Below, one piece after another: positions 32,472 to 42,954 of a DNA stretch of 64,000 nucleotides. The stretch comes from Gammaproteobacteria bacterium (GTDB lineage Bacteria; Pseudomonadota; Gammaproteobacteria; UBA4575). The notes below the pieces were generated by a model. That model saw only the letters and a program-made list of their open reading frames with translations, searched no databases and was not told the DNA's origin. The position numbers and the translations under genes were made by a program. Location of the stretch: positions 6,208 through 70,207 of the forward strand of contig JAPOQE010000107.1 of assembly GCA_026710875.1 (NCBI GenBank). Reading direction: 5' to 3'. Position 1 is the first letter of the stretch. Every line of letters begins with the position of its first letter.

Positions 32472-32920
32472 GGCGCACCATCTGGATCGATCGAATTGTT
32501 GTGAAACGGTTGCCCGTGCGGTTATGCGAATCTCACGCAGCAGCCGCTCGCTCTGGACCACCACAGGACTACCTCCTACCTGCACTGAGTCGACAGCGCA
32601 GTCTTCCAGCTCTGCCAACATGCTGTGATCCGACTCGATCATGCTGGTGTTCATGACGCAACATCATATCAAAATCCCACCTGTCACGATGATGCAGCTC
32701 AAAGGGATTCTATGCCTCAGGGCATCGTGCTGCAGCACCTGTTCGGATTGTACAGCAGCCGGGAATCAGCTATTGGAACTCATAGAAAGTTTTTGAAGGG
32801 CATCAGGGCATCAGCCCGCCTTCTAACCCTCCATGCAACGCGACACTGATGCCTTGTGTGTCTCGGTGATGACTGTGCCTGTACTCTTTAACTGCGGGCC
32901 GTCTGTAGCCTGTCAAGCAA

Positions 32921-33478
32921 CTATTCTTTCCACTTGATGTTGCACCCCACACTGGGCGTCTGGTCGGGGTCAATCTCTTGGCCTGCAAGCAAAGCATCCA
33001 GAGCTCCTCGAAGGTCTGCGCCGGTCACAGGAATGTCATTTCCAGGCCTCGAGCCGTCCAGCTGCCCCCGGTATACACACTGCAGTGCCTGGTCAAAGAT
33101 ATAAAAATCAGGCGTGCAGGCTGCGTCATACAGCCTTGCAACCTGCTGGGTCTCGTCGTACAGGTAGGGAAAAGTGTACCCAAGGGACTTGGCAAGCGCC
33201 TTCATGTTTTCCGGTGAATCCTCGGGATATTCGACCGCATCGTTGGAGCTGACAGCAATCAGCGAAACCCCTTGGGAAGGGTACTCCTGGCCCAGCCTGA
33301 CCAGCTCGTCCTGGATATGCTTTACAAAGGGGCAATGGTTGCATATGAACATGACAACGGTCGCGATCTCTCCGCGCACGTCCGACAGCCACACTTCTTT
33401 CCCGGAAACCGTATCTGGCAGGCAAAAATCCGGAGCTGACGTACCCAAGGGCATCATGTTGGAGGGTGTCAGTGCCAT
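32921..33478 (-). CDS. thioredoxin-fold redoxin (AhpC/TSA-TlpA-like thiol:disulfide oxidoreductase)
   Basis: 185 aa; APDFCLPD and redox-active CNHC in a thioredoxin-fold context; no obvious signal peptide. Confidence 0.65.
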   Translation of the reverse strand: MALTPSNMMPLGTSAPDFCLPDTVSGKEVWLSDVRGEIATVVMFICNHCPFVKHIQDELVRLGQEYPSQGVSLIAVSSNDAVEYPEDSPENMKALAKSLGYTFPYLYDETQQVARLYDAACTPDFYIFDQALQCVYRGQLDGSRPGNDIPVTGADLRGALDALLAGQEIDPDQTPSVGCNIKWKE

Positions 33479-33581
33479 TTGATCAGGTATTCATTTTTTA
33501 ATTGCGTTTGAATTGCGTAGAATAGCGCGATTCAGGACGCCTGTTAACCGTTGACAGGCCATACTACATCCAAAGAGGCCA

Positions 33582-34754
33582 ATGCCTGCAATGCGTGCTT
33601 TCACCTCCGAGTCTGTTTCCGAAGGACACCCGGATAAAATGGCAGATCAGATTTCTGATGCAGTGCTTGATGCTTTACTGGAGCAAGACCCTGACGCGCG
33701 CGTGGCGTGTGAAACACTTGTGAAAACAGGCATGGTCCTGCTGGCCGGGGAGATTACTACCGCTGCTTACGTGGATCTTGACGCTCTCGTGCGGCGTACC
33801 GTCAATGAGATCGGCTATGACCACTCCCGGATCGGCTTTGATGGAAATACCTGTGCAGTCATCAATGCATTGGGTAAACAGTCGCCGGATATCGCTCGCG
33901 GGGTTGACCGCAAGAACAAGGAGGATCAGGGTGCAGGAGACCAGGGCATGATGTTCGGTTATGCCTGCGATGAAACCGATGTACTCATGCCAGCGCCAAT
34001 CACCTATGCACACCGTTTGGTGCGAAAACAGTCCATGGTCAGGAGAGAAGGCAAACTGCCCTGGCTGCGCCCGGATGCCAAAAGTCAAGTGACCTTCGTG
34101 TATAAGGATGGAGGCCCCAGCCACATTGATGCCGTAGTCCTCTCCACCCAGCATGACCCGGATGTCACCCAAGATGAACTGCATGAAGCGGTAAGGGAAT
34201 TGATCATCAAACCGGTACTGCCGGGAAAGTGGCTGACGTCTGACACGAAAGTCCACATCAACCCCACGGGTCGTTTCGAGACGGGAGGCCCCGTGGGAGA
34301 TTGCGGACTGACCGGACGAAAAATCATCGTGGACACTTACGGTGGCATGGCCCGTCATGGCGGAGGCGCCTTTTCCGGAAAGGATCCTTCCAAAGTCGAC
34401 CGCTCTGCTGCGTATGCGGGGCGTTACGTCGCCAAGAACGTAGTGGCTGCCGGGCTGGCAAAATGCTGTGAAATTCAGATCTCCTATGCCATTGGCCTGG
34501 CCCAGCCGACCTCAATCTCGGTCAACACCTTCGGCACCGGGACCCTGTCCGATGACAAAATTGAAGCCATTGTGTGCGACATGTTTGACCTGTCACCGTA
34601 CGGAATTCTGTCCATGCTGGACCTGCTTCATCCGATCTACCAGGCGACGGCCGCCTATGGGCATTTCGGTCGCAACGAGGACAGCTTTCGCTGGGAACGC
34701 ACGGACAAGGTCGGTGAGCTGAAGGAGCGGGCCGGACTTGGTGCGATGGTATAA
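33582..34754 (+). CDS. metK: S-adenosylmethionine synthetase
   Basis: 390 aa; [31 protein letters not shown] motifs. Confidence 0.95.
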   Translation: MPAMRAFTSESVSEGHPDKMADQISDAVLDALLEQDPDARVACETLVKTGMVLLAGEITTAAYVDLDALVRRTVNEIGYDHSRIGFDGNTCAVINALGKQSPDIARGVDRKNKEDQGAGDQGMMFGYACDETDVLMPAPITYAHRLVRKQSMVRREGKLPWLRPDAKSQVTFVYKDGGPSHIDAVVLSTQHDPDVTQDELHEAVRELIIKPVLPGKWLTSDTKVHINPTGRFETGGPVGDCGLTGRKIIVDTYGGMARHGGGAFSGKDPSKVDRSAAYAGRYVAKNVVAAGLAKCCEIQISYAIGLAQPTSISVNTFGTGTLSDDKIEAIVCDMFDLSPYGILSMLDLLHPIYQATAAYGHFGRNEDSFRWERTDKVGELKERAGLGAMV

Positions 34755-36100
34755 TGCCGAAAACCGACAGGATGCCTGAAAAGATCATGAGTATTCAATC
34801 TGCGCAGGACGTGGAGCCTGACTTCAAGGTTGCTGACCTGGCACTTGCTGACTGGGGACGCAAGGAAATTGCCATCGCCGAAACCGAAATGCCGGGCCTG
34901 ATGGCCTTGCGTGAAAAATACGGAAATGAAAAACCACTGGCAGGTGCACGTATTGCCGGCTGTCTGCACATGACCATACAGACTGCGGTACTGATTGAAA
35001 CTTTAACAACGCTGGGTGCACAGGTGCGCTGGTCATCGTGCAACATATTTTCTACACAGGATCACGCGGCAGCCGCCATCGCCGCCACGGGTGTGCCTGT
35101 ATTTGCCTGGAAAGGTGAAACTGAACAGGACTATATGTGGTGTATCGAACAGACGATCAATGGGCCTGGAGGCTGGCAGCCGAACATGCTTCTTGATGAT
35201 GGCGGTGACCTGACCAAGGTCATGCACGAAAATTTTTCGAAAATACTGGGTAAAGTACGTGGCCTGTCCGAAGAAACCACGACCGGCGTGCACCGCCTGA
35301 TGGAAATGGAAAAAAGGGGTGAATTGAAAGTCCCTGCATTTAATGTGAACGATTCTGTCACCAAATCCAAGTTTGACAACCTGTATGGTTGCCGTGAATC
35401 ACTGGTCGACGGTATCAAGCGTGCAACGGACGTCATGATCGCGGCTAAAACCGTCGTTGTATTTGGCTTTGGAGATGTGGGCAAGGGCAGTGCACAGTCC
35501 TTGCGCAGCCTGGGTGCGAATGTCCTGATCACAGAAATCGATCCTATCTGCGCATTGCAAGCCGCGATGGCAGGTTTTCGGGTGGTCACCCTGGATGAGG
35601 TTGTCTCAACGGCAGACATCTTTGTCACTGCCACCGGCAACTATCATGTGATCAGTCATGACCATATGCGAGCCATGAAAAATCAGGCCATCGTCTGCAA
35701 TATCGGACATTTCGACAATGAAATTGATGTGGAGAGCCTCAAGCAGTATCCCTGGGAAAATATCAAGCCCCAGGTCGATCACGTCATCTTCCCAGATGGA
35801 AAACGCATCATACTTCTGGCAGAAGGCCGCCTTGTAAACCTGGGATGTGCCACTGGGCACCCGAGCTTCGTCATGTCAAATTCATTCACGAATCAAGTGC
35901 TTGCACAAATTGAATTGTGGGGAAACCCAGGCCGCTATAAAAACCGCGTGCATGTACTGCCCAAGTCACTGGACGAGGAAGTTGCCCGGCTGCACCTGGA
36001 AAAAATCGGCGCCAAACTGACCCAGCTTACTGGCGAGCAGGCGGAGTATATTGGAGTCGACGTGAAAGGGCCCTACAAACCCGATTACTATCGGTATTGA
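34754..36100 (+). CDS. ahcY: adenosylhomocysteinase
   Basis: 448 aa; KVADL.LA.WGR, NAD-binding [11 protein letters not shown] overlaps the metK TAA (TAATG). Confidence 0.9.
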   Translation: MPKTDRMPEKIMSIQSAQDVEPDFKVADLALADWGRKEIAIAETEMPGLMALREKYGNEKPLAGARIAGCLHMTIQTAVLIETLTTLGAQVRWSSCNIFSTQDHAAAAIAATGVPVFAWKGETEQDYMWCIEQTINGPGGWQPNMLLDDGGDLTKVMHENFSKILGKVRGLSEETTTGVHRLMEMEKRGELKVPAFNVNDSVTKSKFDNLYGCRESLVDGIKRATDVMIAAKTVVVFGFGDVGKGSAQSLRSLGANVLITEIDPICALQAAMAGFRVVTLDEVVSTADIFVTATGNYHVISHDHMRAMKNQAIVCNIGHFDNEIDVESLKQYPWENIKPQVDHVIFPDGKRIILLAEGRLVNLGCATGHPSFVMSNSFTNQVLAQIELWGNPGRYKNRVHVLPKSLDEEVARLHLEKIGAKLTQLTGEQAEYIGVDVKGPYKPDYYRY

Positions 36101-36128
36101 ACCGGGCGCCACCCCCGCCCCTGCTGCC

Positions 36129-36887
36129 ATGCGGGCTACCCGTCTGTACATCAATCGAAAGCTGGCCGTCGACGACGAAGTCAGGCTGGATGATGAATCC
36201 TCTCACCATGCAACCCATGTGCTTCGCATCAACAAGCACTCCTCGCTGGCACTTTTCAATGGAGACGGCTACGACTATGCCGGTCATCTGATATCTCTTC
36301 GCAAAAAGGCGATCACAGTCCGGGTTACAGGTAAAACCCTTGCCAGGAAAGAATCCAGGCTGCAAACCCATCTCGTACTCGGGGTCTCGAAAAGCGCACA
36401 CATGGACTTCGCTATCCAAAAAAGCGTCGAGGCCGGAGTGACAGAAATTCATCCGGCAATCACCGAACGGACCGTGATCCGTTTCTCGGATAAATCCAGA
36501 GCACGCCGTCAGCAGCACTGGCGAAATGTCGTCATCAGTGCCTGCCAGCAAAGCGGGCGAGCAACTCTCCCGGTCCTCCATGAAGTAAAACACCTGAGTG
36601 AAACACTTCCTGTGGATGAAGGTGCGCGAGGGTTTGTCTTGGATATCCGATCGAACCAGACACTGGGTGGATACGCTCATGAACGCCTGAAAAAAATCTG
36701 GTTTGTCACCGGACCTGAAGGCGGGCTGACACAGAATGAAACGCAGGGAATCACTGACAAAGGTTTTCTGCCAGTGTCCCTGGGCCCGCGGATCATGCGA
36801 ACCGAAACGGCCGCATTAGCTGCGATCATCGGTGCGCAGGTGCTTTGGGGGGACCTGAGCGAGCATGACAGCCTCCAGCAAACCTGA
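36129..36887 (+). CDS. rsmE: 16S rRNA (uracil1498-N3)-methyltransferase
   Basis: 252 aa; RsmE/YggJ family; conserved position upstream of gshB. Confidence 0.8.
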   Translation: MRATRLYINRKLAVDDEVRLDDESSHHATHVLRINKHSSLALFNGDGYDYAGHLISLRKKAITVRVTGKTLARKESRLQTHLVLGVSKSAHMDFAIQKSVEAGVTEIHPAITERTVIRFSDKSRARRQQHWRNVVISACQQSGRATLPVLHEVKHLSETLPVDEGARGFVLDIRSNQTLGGYAHERLKKIWFVTGPEGGLTQNETQGITDKGFLPVSLGPRIMRTETAALAAIIGAQVLWGDLSEHDSLQQT

Positions 36888-37051
36888 CCTTGTATGCATG
36901 CCTGATTACTGGGTTTGCACCCGCAGGCCAATCCGCGCGTCAATATTCATTCCTTTCTTCAGTTTCCAAGCAGTACCGCTGACTCCCGAATTGGAATATC
37001 AACGAGGATGGTATCCTGTAGGCACATGACACAAACGGGACATATCTTGCG

Positions 37052-38008
37052 ATGACCATACGATTGGGTGTAGTCATGGATCCCCTGGGGAACCTCAATG
37101 TGCACAAGGACAGCACATTTGCCATGCTGCTTGAGGCGCAGCACCGCAACTGGAACATTTTCCACCTGCAGTCATCGGACCTTTACCTGTCGGACACGGC
37201 AGTGATGGGAAAAGCTACTTCGATTTCGCTCCAAAGTGACCCCGCGCACAGAATCAAGCCGGGAGATCAAACAATTGAGGATCTGAATGAACTGGATGTG
37301 ATACTGATGCGCAAGGATCCACCCTTTGACATGGAGTACATCTACACGACCTACCTGCTCGAGCATGTACATCAGTCGGGGACACCCGTCATCAACCACC
37401 CTGCAAGCCTGCGAAACGCCAATGAAAAATTACTGGCCACCCGGTTCCCAGAGTGTACTGTGCCCTTTGTAGTCAGTCGAAACAGGGGTGCGCTTGGCGA
37501 CTTCGTTGATGAATACAAGAAAACTGTAATCAAACCCCTGGACAGCATGGCAGGTGACTCCGTTTTCTGTGTTCGCCATGACGACCCCAATCGGAATGTC
37601 ATACTGGAAACGGTGACCCGCCATGGTGCCCAAACAGTGATGGCACAAAAGCTTATCGCTGACTACCAAAAGGGTGACAAACGCATTTTGCTCATCGATG
37701 GTGAACCTGTGCCGCATGCTCTGTTACGTATACCTGCGCAAGGGGAATTACGCGCCAATCTGGCCAAGGGAGGCACTGCCCAGTCTGTGGCCCTGACCCA
37801 GCGGGACCGATGGATTTGCGAGCAGGTCGGAGCTGAACTGAAAACCATGCAAATTGACTTTGCAGGTATCGACGTCATCGGCGACTACCTGACAGAAATT
37901 AACATCACCAGTCCGACCGGAATACGTGAACTGGACCGGATGTGCAACCTGAATATAGCAGCTACACTGCTCGATTCCATTGAAAAACGGCACCTCCATC
38001 ATCCCTGA
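37052..38008 (+). CDS. gshB: glutathione synthetase
   Basis: 318 aa; ATP-grasp GshB blocks; rsmE-gshB-yqgE-ruvX synteny as in enterics. Confidence 0.9.
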   Translation: MTIRLGVVMDPLGNLNVHKDSTFAMLLEAQHRNWNIFHLQSSDLYLSDTAVMGKATSISLQSDPAHRIKPGDQTIEDLNELDVILMRKDPPFDMEYIYTTYLLEHVHQSGTPVINHPASLRNANEKLLATRFPECTVPFVVSRNRGALGDFVDEYKKTVIKPLDSMAGDSVFCVRHDDPNRNVILETVTRHGAQTVMAQKLIADYQKGDKRILLIDGEPVPHALLRIPAQGELRANLAKGGTAQSVALTQRDRWICEQVGAELKTMQIDFAGIDVIGDYLTEINITSPTGIRELDRMCNLNIAATLLDSIEKRHLHHP

Positions 38009-38054
38009 CCAGAAAGGGCCGTACACGCGTCCAACCGTATACCGGCGATGCCAT

Positions 38055-38084
38055 CGCTATCATTTTCTGAAAATTGAAGGGTAA
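38055..38084 (+). terminator. weak candidate terminator after gshB
   Basis: GCGAT-gcc-ATCGC short hairpin followed by TATCATTTTCT; weak. Confidence 0.25.
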
Positions 38085-38153
38085 CTGCGGTATATTGGTA
38101 AACATACGGTCCAGATGGTTCAAGAAAGTACCCTGTTGCGTACCTGATTACCC

Positions 38154-38717
38154 ATGTCAGAAAATCTTACCAAGCACCTGCTCGTTGCCATGCCAGCCCT
38201 GCATGATCCTAATTTTTCTCGTTCCGTGACTCTTATTTGCGAGCACAATCAACACGGTGCGATGGGAATCGTTGTAAACCAGCCGATTGTCCTTTGCGTT
38301 GAAGAACTGATCAGTTACCTGGATGTGGACATGGATGAGCAGCTGTTTTCTACACAACGTGAGCCAGTGTATGCTGGCGGCCCAGTACATACCAACAGGG
38401 GGTTTGTCCTGCACGACTCGGACCGGCATTGGAAGTCGACCTACACAATTGATGAGGATCTGAAACTGACGACTTCTGAAGATATCCTGCTCGATATTGG
38501 CCGTGGAACAGGTCCAGACAACACCATTGTTGCTTTGGGTTATGCCGGGTGGGGGCCTGGACAGTTGGAGCAGGAACTGGCAGATAATGCCTGGCTGACA
38601 GTGCCGTATCAGGCCAAGATCATTTTCAATACGCCGGCTGAGAAACGCTGGCAGAGCGCGGCCAGTCGACTGGGCATCGACGTTCACCTGATCTCGAATG
38701 AGGCCGGGCATGCCTGA
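38154..38717 (+). CDS. yqgE: YqgE/AlgH family protein (UPF0301)
   Basis: 187 aa; LLVAMP.L.DPNF..SV..ICEH...GAMGIVVN signature. Confidence 0.85.
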   Translation: MSENLTKHLLVAMPALHDPNFSRSVTLICEHNQHGAMGIVVNQPIVLCVEELISYLDVDMDEQLFSTQREPVYAGGPVHTNRGFVLHDSDRHWKSTYTIDEDLKLTTSEDILLDIGRGTGPDNTIVALGYAGWGPGQLEQELADNAWLTVPYQAKIIFNTPAEKRWQSAASRLGIDVHLISNEAGHA

Positions 38718-38771
38718 ACACCCGCTCACAAATATGCCGGCGGTCCCACACCGCTTGTCCGGTTCCTGCCG

Positions 38772-39221
38772 ATGGTCAGCGTGATTGGATTCGATTATGG
38801 GGAATGCCGGATTGGAGTGGCGATTGGCATGCCCGATGCCGGTACAGCCAACCCCTTAACAACGCTGATGGTCTCAGCATCCGGAACGCCCTGGAACGAG
38901 ATCGATGAGATCATTGGACAATGGCATCCGCGCACTTTGGTCGTCGGCAGAGTCGAACACGACACGCAGGACCAGGGACGTATCAAGCGGCAAATCCGAA
39001 ACTTCTGCAAGGCTCTGCAAAACCGCTATCGCTTGCCTGTGGAGACAGTGGATGAGGCATTCTCTTCGGCGCAGGCGTACGCCGTGCTCAAAGAACTGCG
39101 CGTGCAGGGCCATCGCAGGAAAATCCGCAAGACTGACATCGACAAGGCGTCTGCAGCGATTATTCTCCAGACGTGGCTATCAAGCAACGCCTCTCCTCAA
39201 ACAGGCAGGACCGTGTCATGA
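38772..39221 (+). CDS. ruvX: Holliday-junction resolvase-like protein RuvX/YqgF
   Basis: 149 aa; IGFDYG..RIGVAIG RNase H-like N-terminus. Confidence 0.85.
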   Translation: MVSVIGFDYGECRIGVAIGMPDAGTANPLTTLMVSASGTPWNEIDEIIGQWHPRTLVVGRVEHDTQDQGRIKRQIRNFCKALQNRYRLPVETVDEAFSSAQAYAVLKELRVQGHRRKIRKTDIDKASAAIILQTWLSSNASPQTGRTVS

Positions 39222-39715
39222 CCGTATTGGATGCCCAGCAGCTTATTGACAAGCTGGGTCATGATCTGGGTGCTTTCCTGGACAAGCGCAATATCACAGA
39301 GCCACTGCTGGTAGGGGTCCGTACGGGCGGGGTCTGGATCGCCGAACAGATGCAATCAATACTCAAAAGCAAGGAAGAACTGGGTGTACTCGATATCACT
39401 TTTTACCGGGATGACTTCAGCCGTGCAGGGATCCAGCCGACAGTCAAACCCTCTCACTTGCCGCTGAACATCACCGACAGACATATCGTCTTGATCGATG
39501 ACGTGCTGTATACCGGACGCACGGTGCGTGCGGCGTTGAACGAAATCTTCGATTATGGCCGTCCAGCCTCGGTCAGCCTGGCGATCTTGGTGGAAAGAAA
39601 TGGACGGGAGTTACCCGTCCAGGCGGATGTCGTAGGCACACGACTCAGCCTGGATGCAGCACAGCACGTTCAGCTGAGCGGTCCACACCCGATCGTTTTG
39701 GAGATTGTAGATTGA
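39218..39715 (+). CDS. pyrR: pyrimidine operon regulator / uracil phosphoribosyltransferase
   Basis: Start trimmed to MTVLDAQQ (ATGA overlap with ruvX); PRT motif [12 protein letters not shown]. Confidence 0.85.
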   Translation: MTVLDAQQLIDKLGHDLGAFLDKRNITEPLLVGVRTGGVWIAEQMQSILKSKEELGVLDITFYRDDFSRAGIQPTVKPSHLPLNITDRHIVLIDDVLYTGRTVRAALNEIFDYGRPASVSLAILVERNGRELPVQADVVGTRLSLDAAQHVQLSGPHPIVLEIVD

Positions 39716-39725
39716 GCCTTCTTGC

Positions 39726-40667
39726 ATGAGACACTTTCTGGACATTGGCAGGCTGAATTGTAAAGAGCTGACCCATATTCTTGACACTGCCAAATCATTC
39801 ACCAGTGTGGAGGGCCAAACTGTAAAAAAAGTGCCCTTGTTGCGTGGCAAGACCATCGTGAACCTGTTTTTTGAGCCCAGTACCCGAACCCGCACCACAT
39901 TTGAACTTGCTGCCAAACGTCTCTCTGCCGATGTGCTCAACATCAGTGTAGCCACCTCGGCTACCGTCAAGGGCGAAAGTCTGCTCGACACCCTGTTCAG
40001 CCTGGAGGCAATGAACACCGATATCTTTATTGTCAGACACCCAGAAAGCGGTGCCGCAGAGTTCATTGCAAAGCATGTTGCTCCGCATATCAGCATTATC
40101 AATGCGGGTGACGGGCGGCATGCCCATCCAACCCAGGCCTTGCTTGACGCCTTCACTATTCGGGAGCATCACCAGGATTTTTCAAAACTGAACATTGCGA
40201 TCGTAGGCGACATCCTGCATTCACGTGTTGCCCGCTCCCAGATTGAGGCACTGAATATTCTGGGTACGCGAGAGATCCGGGTCATAGCACCGCGTACGCT
40301 GTTACCTGCAAATATCGAGCAACTTGGCGTACAGGTATTTCAAGATTGCACGCAGGGATTGAGAGATGTCGATGTAATCATCATGCTGAGACTACAAAAA
40401 GAACGCATGCAAGGCGCATTCATACCGAGTGAACATGAATACTTCCAGCTTTATGGGCTGACACCGGAAAGACTGGCCCTGGCAAACCCTGAAGCAATTG
40501 TCATGCACCCAGGCCCTATCAACCGTGGCGTGGAAATAAGTTCGGAAGTTGCAGATGGTCCCCAGTCCGTAATTTTACAGCAAGTGAAGTACGGGATTGC
40601 CGTTCGTATGGCGATCTTGTCGATTGCCATCAGCACCGGCGAGCGTGGAGTCGACCATGAAACTTGA
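39726..40667 (+). CDS. pyrB: aspartate carbamoyltransferase catalytic subunit
   Basis: 313 aa; FFEPSTRTR and HPxQ motifs. Confidence 0.95.
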   Translation: MRHFLDIGRLNCKELTHILDTAKSFTSVEGQTVKKVPLLRGKTIVNLFFEPSTRTRTTFELAAKRLSADVLNISVATSATVKGESLLDTLFSLEAMNTDIFIVRHPESGAAEFIAKHVAPHISIINAGDGRHAHPTQALLDAFTIREHHQDFSKLNIAIVGDILHSRVARSQIEALNILGTREIRVIAPRTLLPANIEQLGVQVFQDCTQGLRDVDVIIMLRLQKERMQGAFIPSEHEYFQLYGLTPERLALANPEAIVMHPGPINRGVEISSEVADGPQSVILQQVKYGIAVRMAILSIAISTGERGVDHET

Positions 40668-41940
40668 AATACTGAACGGCCACCTCGTCGATCCGGCTAA
40701 TGAAATTGACCAGCCGAAAGATGTCTTCATGACCGATGGAAAAGTGGTTGCAGTCGACAAACCGCCTGATGGCTGGAAAGCGGATCATACGATCAATGCT
40801 GCAAACAAGCTGGTGCTGCCTGGGCTCGTTGAACTTTCGGCCAGCCTGCGCCAACCGGGTCAGGAACACAAGGCGACAATTCAGTCAGAGACAAAAGCTG
40901 CGGCTGCTGCCGGAATTACCAGTTTGGCGTGTCTACCCACAACGAATCCTGTCGTTGATTCACCTGCGGAGGTAGAGCTGATCGAGCGTCTTTCGCAGGA
41001 CAGTGGACACTGCAGGGTGTACGTCATCGGCGCCTTGACGAAAGGTCTCAAAGGGGAAAATCTGAGTGAAATGGCTGCACTCAAGGCGGCCGGCTGTGTG
41101 GGGGTTACCAATGTGCTGCACCCCTTGAAAAGTTCTCTTGTGTTACGGCGTGCAATGGAATATGCATCGAGTCAGGCCTTGACCGTATTCACGCACCCGC
41201 TTGACCATCATCTGGCGAATAATGGATGCGTACACGAAGGCCTCACAAGCTTGCGTTTGGGCCTGCCGGGCATACCCGGTGCCGCAGAAACGGCGGCGCT
41301 GGCCTTTCATCTGGCATTGATCGAGGAGCTCAATGTTCGCACGCATTTTTGCCGACTGTCGACATTGCGCTCAGTGAACATGATTGCGCGTGCCCGAGAG
41401 AATCACCTGCCGGTAACTGCAGATGTCAGTATCCTGCACCTCTATCTTACTGACAGTGATATCCAGGATTTTGATGGCCTGTGTCATAACCTGCCCCCCT
41501 ACCGCACACAACCAGACCGTGATGGGCTTCGAATGGGTTTACAGGACGGCACACTCACCGCCATTTGTGCTGATCACCAGCCTCATGAAATTGAAGCCAC
41601 TTTGGCTCCCTTCCAATCCACAGAACCGGGTAGCTCGAACCTGGAATCCCTGCTTCCTCTGGTACTTCAGCTGGTACAGGAAGGTGTACTCAGCTTGAAG
41701 GAAGCGGTGCGCTGTGTCACGCAGCAGCCTGCAGAAATTTTGGGAATCAGTGCAGGAAACCTGTCGGTGGGTGGGACGGCTGATGCGTGCATTGTCGACC
41801 CCGGACTCGACTGGGTCCTGACCAGCGAAACCCTGCTCAGCCGTGGCAAAAACACGCCCATGCTGGGTCGCCAGTGCAAGGGCCGCACTACGCATACGAT
41901 TTTGGGTGGCAAGCCTGTATACCAGCTAGAAAACGGGTAA
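40657..41940 (+). CDS. pyrC': dihydroorotase-like protein (PyrC', ATCase-associated)
   Basis: Start trimmed to MKLEILNG; amidohydrolase fold; pyrR-pyrB-pyrC' arrangement as in pseudomonads. Confidence 0.75.
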   Translation: MKLEILNGHLVDPANEIDQPKDVFMTDGKVVAVDKPPDGWKADHTINAANKLVLPGLVELSASLRQPGQEHKATIQSETKAAAAAGITSLACLPTTNPVVDSPAEVELIERLSQDSGHCRVYVIGALTKGLKGENLSEMAALKAAGCVGVTNVLHPLKSSLVLRRAMEYASSQALTVFTHPLDHHLANNGCVHEGLTSLRLGLPGIPGAAETAALAFHLALIEELNVRTHFCRLSTLRSVNMIARARENHLPVTADVSILHLYLTDSDIQDFDGLCHNLPPYRTQPDRDGLRMGLQDGTLTAICADHQPHEIEATLAPFQSTEPGSSNLESLLPLVLQLVQEGVLSLKEAVRCVTQQPAEILGISAGNLSVGGTADACIVDPGLDWVLTSETLLSRGKNTPMLGRQCKGRTTHTILGGKPVYQLENG

Positions 41941-41969
41941 GCCGGTTTTCATTTGAGCGGCCATCAGCC

Positions 41970-42839
41970 ATGAAAACAGGCCCTAATCCAGTCTTTGAAG
42001 AGTGTGCCAGTGTGGTCCGCCATGATGCCCTGCCGGCACAACAGTTTGTCCTCAGGCTGCATGCACCTGAATGCGCCCGGCACGCAACAGCCGGTAACTT
42101 CCTGCATCTGCAATGCGACCCTCAAAGGGCTATGCGCCGGCCTTTCTCCATCATGCGTTGCGATCCTGCTGCCGGAGATATCGAGATTCTATACAAGATT
42201 GTAGGCCTGGGCAGTGCTGAACTGGCAACACGCAAACCCGGAGATACGCTGCAGTGCCTGGGGCCAATCGGAAACGCCTTCAGCTTGCATGAAAATGCCA
42301 CGCGTCCTTTGCTGCTTGGCGGCGGGGTGGGAATACCCCCCATCATTTTTCTGGCAGAAAAGCTCAGGGAAAATTCGGGACTTCATCCAATTGTAATCTT
42401 GGGATCTGAAATCCCTTTCCCTTTCCCCGCCAAGCCCTCAAAAATTTTAGCCCCGGACATGCCAAAGGATGTTATCGCGGCGATGCCTTTGCTTGATGAC
42501 TGGGGGATCGTATCCCGCCTGACCAGCCTGCAGGGCTATCCAGGTTGTTTCCAAGGCTACGTACACCAGCTGGCCGAGCACTGGTTTCTGAATCTGGATC
42601 AGGCAGCACGACAAGACGTGCAGGTGTTTGCCTGTGGGCCCAACCGGATGCTTGAAGCCGTATCAGGATTCTGCCGGGAACATGCGCTTCCTTGCCAAGT
42701 GTGTCTGGAAGAGTTCATGGCATGCGCTGTTGGTGGCTGCGCAGGATGTGTTGTACCTTATCGTGAAAACAACAGGACCGTAGCAATGAAACGGGTTTGC
42801 GTAGACGGTCCAGTATTCGATGCCGCCAACATTTTCTGA
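41970..42839 (+). CDS. pyrK: dihydroorotate dehydrogenase electron-transfer subunit homologue (PyrK-like FAD/[2Fe-2S] protein)
   Basis: Start trimmed to MKTGPNP; RRPFSI, LLLGGGVGIPP, CGPNRML, C-x5-C-x2-C cluster and KRVCVDGPVFDA all match B. subtilis PyrK. Confidence 0.75.
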   Translation: MKTGPNPVFEECASVVRHDALPAQQFVLRLHAPECARHATAGNFLHLQCDPQRAMRRPFSIMRCDPAAGDIEILYKIVGLGSAELATRKPGDTLQCLGPIGNAFSLHENATRPLLLGGGVGIPPIIFLAEKLRENSGLHPIVILGSEIPFPFPAKPSKILAPDMPKDVIAAMPLLDDWGIVSRLTSLQGYPGCFQGYVHQLAEHWFLNLDQAARQDVQVFACGPNRMLEAVSGFCREHALPCQVCLEEFMACAVGGCAGCVVPYRENNRTVAMKRVCVDGPVFDAANIF

Positions 42840-42954
42840 CAGACCTCACACCTTATGACTCTCTCAGTCATGGCGACTCAAAGGGCCAAGGTGCATCCCT
42901 TGCACCTGACATCCTTGTGGGAATCTCGAGCATACTAGAGATGGAGGGGTATCC

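Noticed and set aside
32472-32654. 61-aa N-terminal extension of the outer-membrane factor ORF
   Set aside because: A perfect lipoprotein signal peptide with lipobox (MQVVLISVVIGFLLSAC) starts at the internal Met, and the upstream peptide has no membrane or sequence logic. The gene start was trimmed to 32471.
33479-33581. Possible SAM riboswitch in the metK leader
   Set aside because: The leader is only ~100 bp and shared with a divergent gene. There are no recognisable SAM-I/II helices or a terminator/anti-terminator pair.
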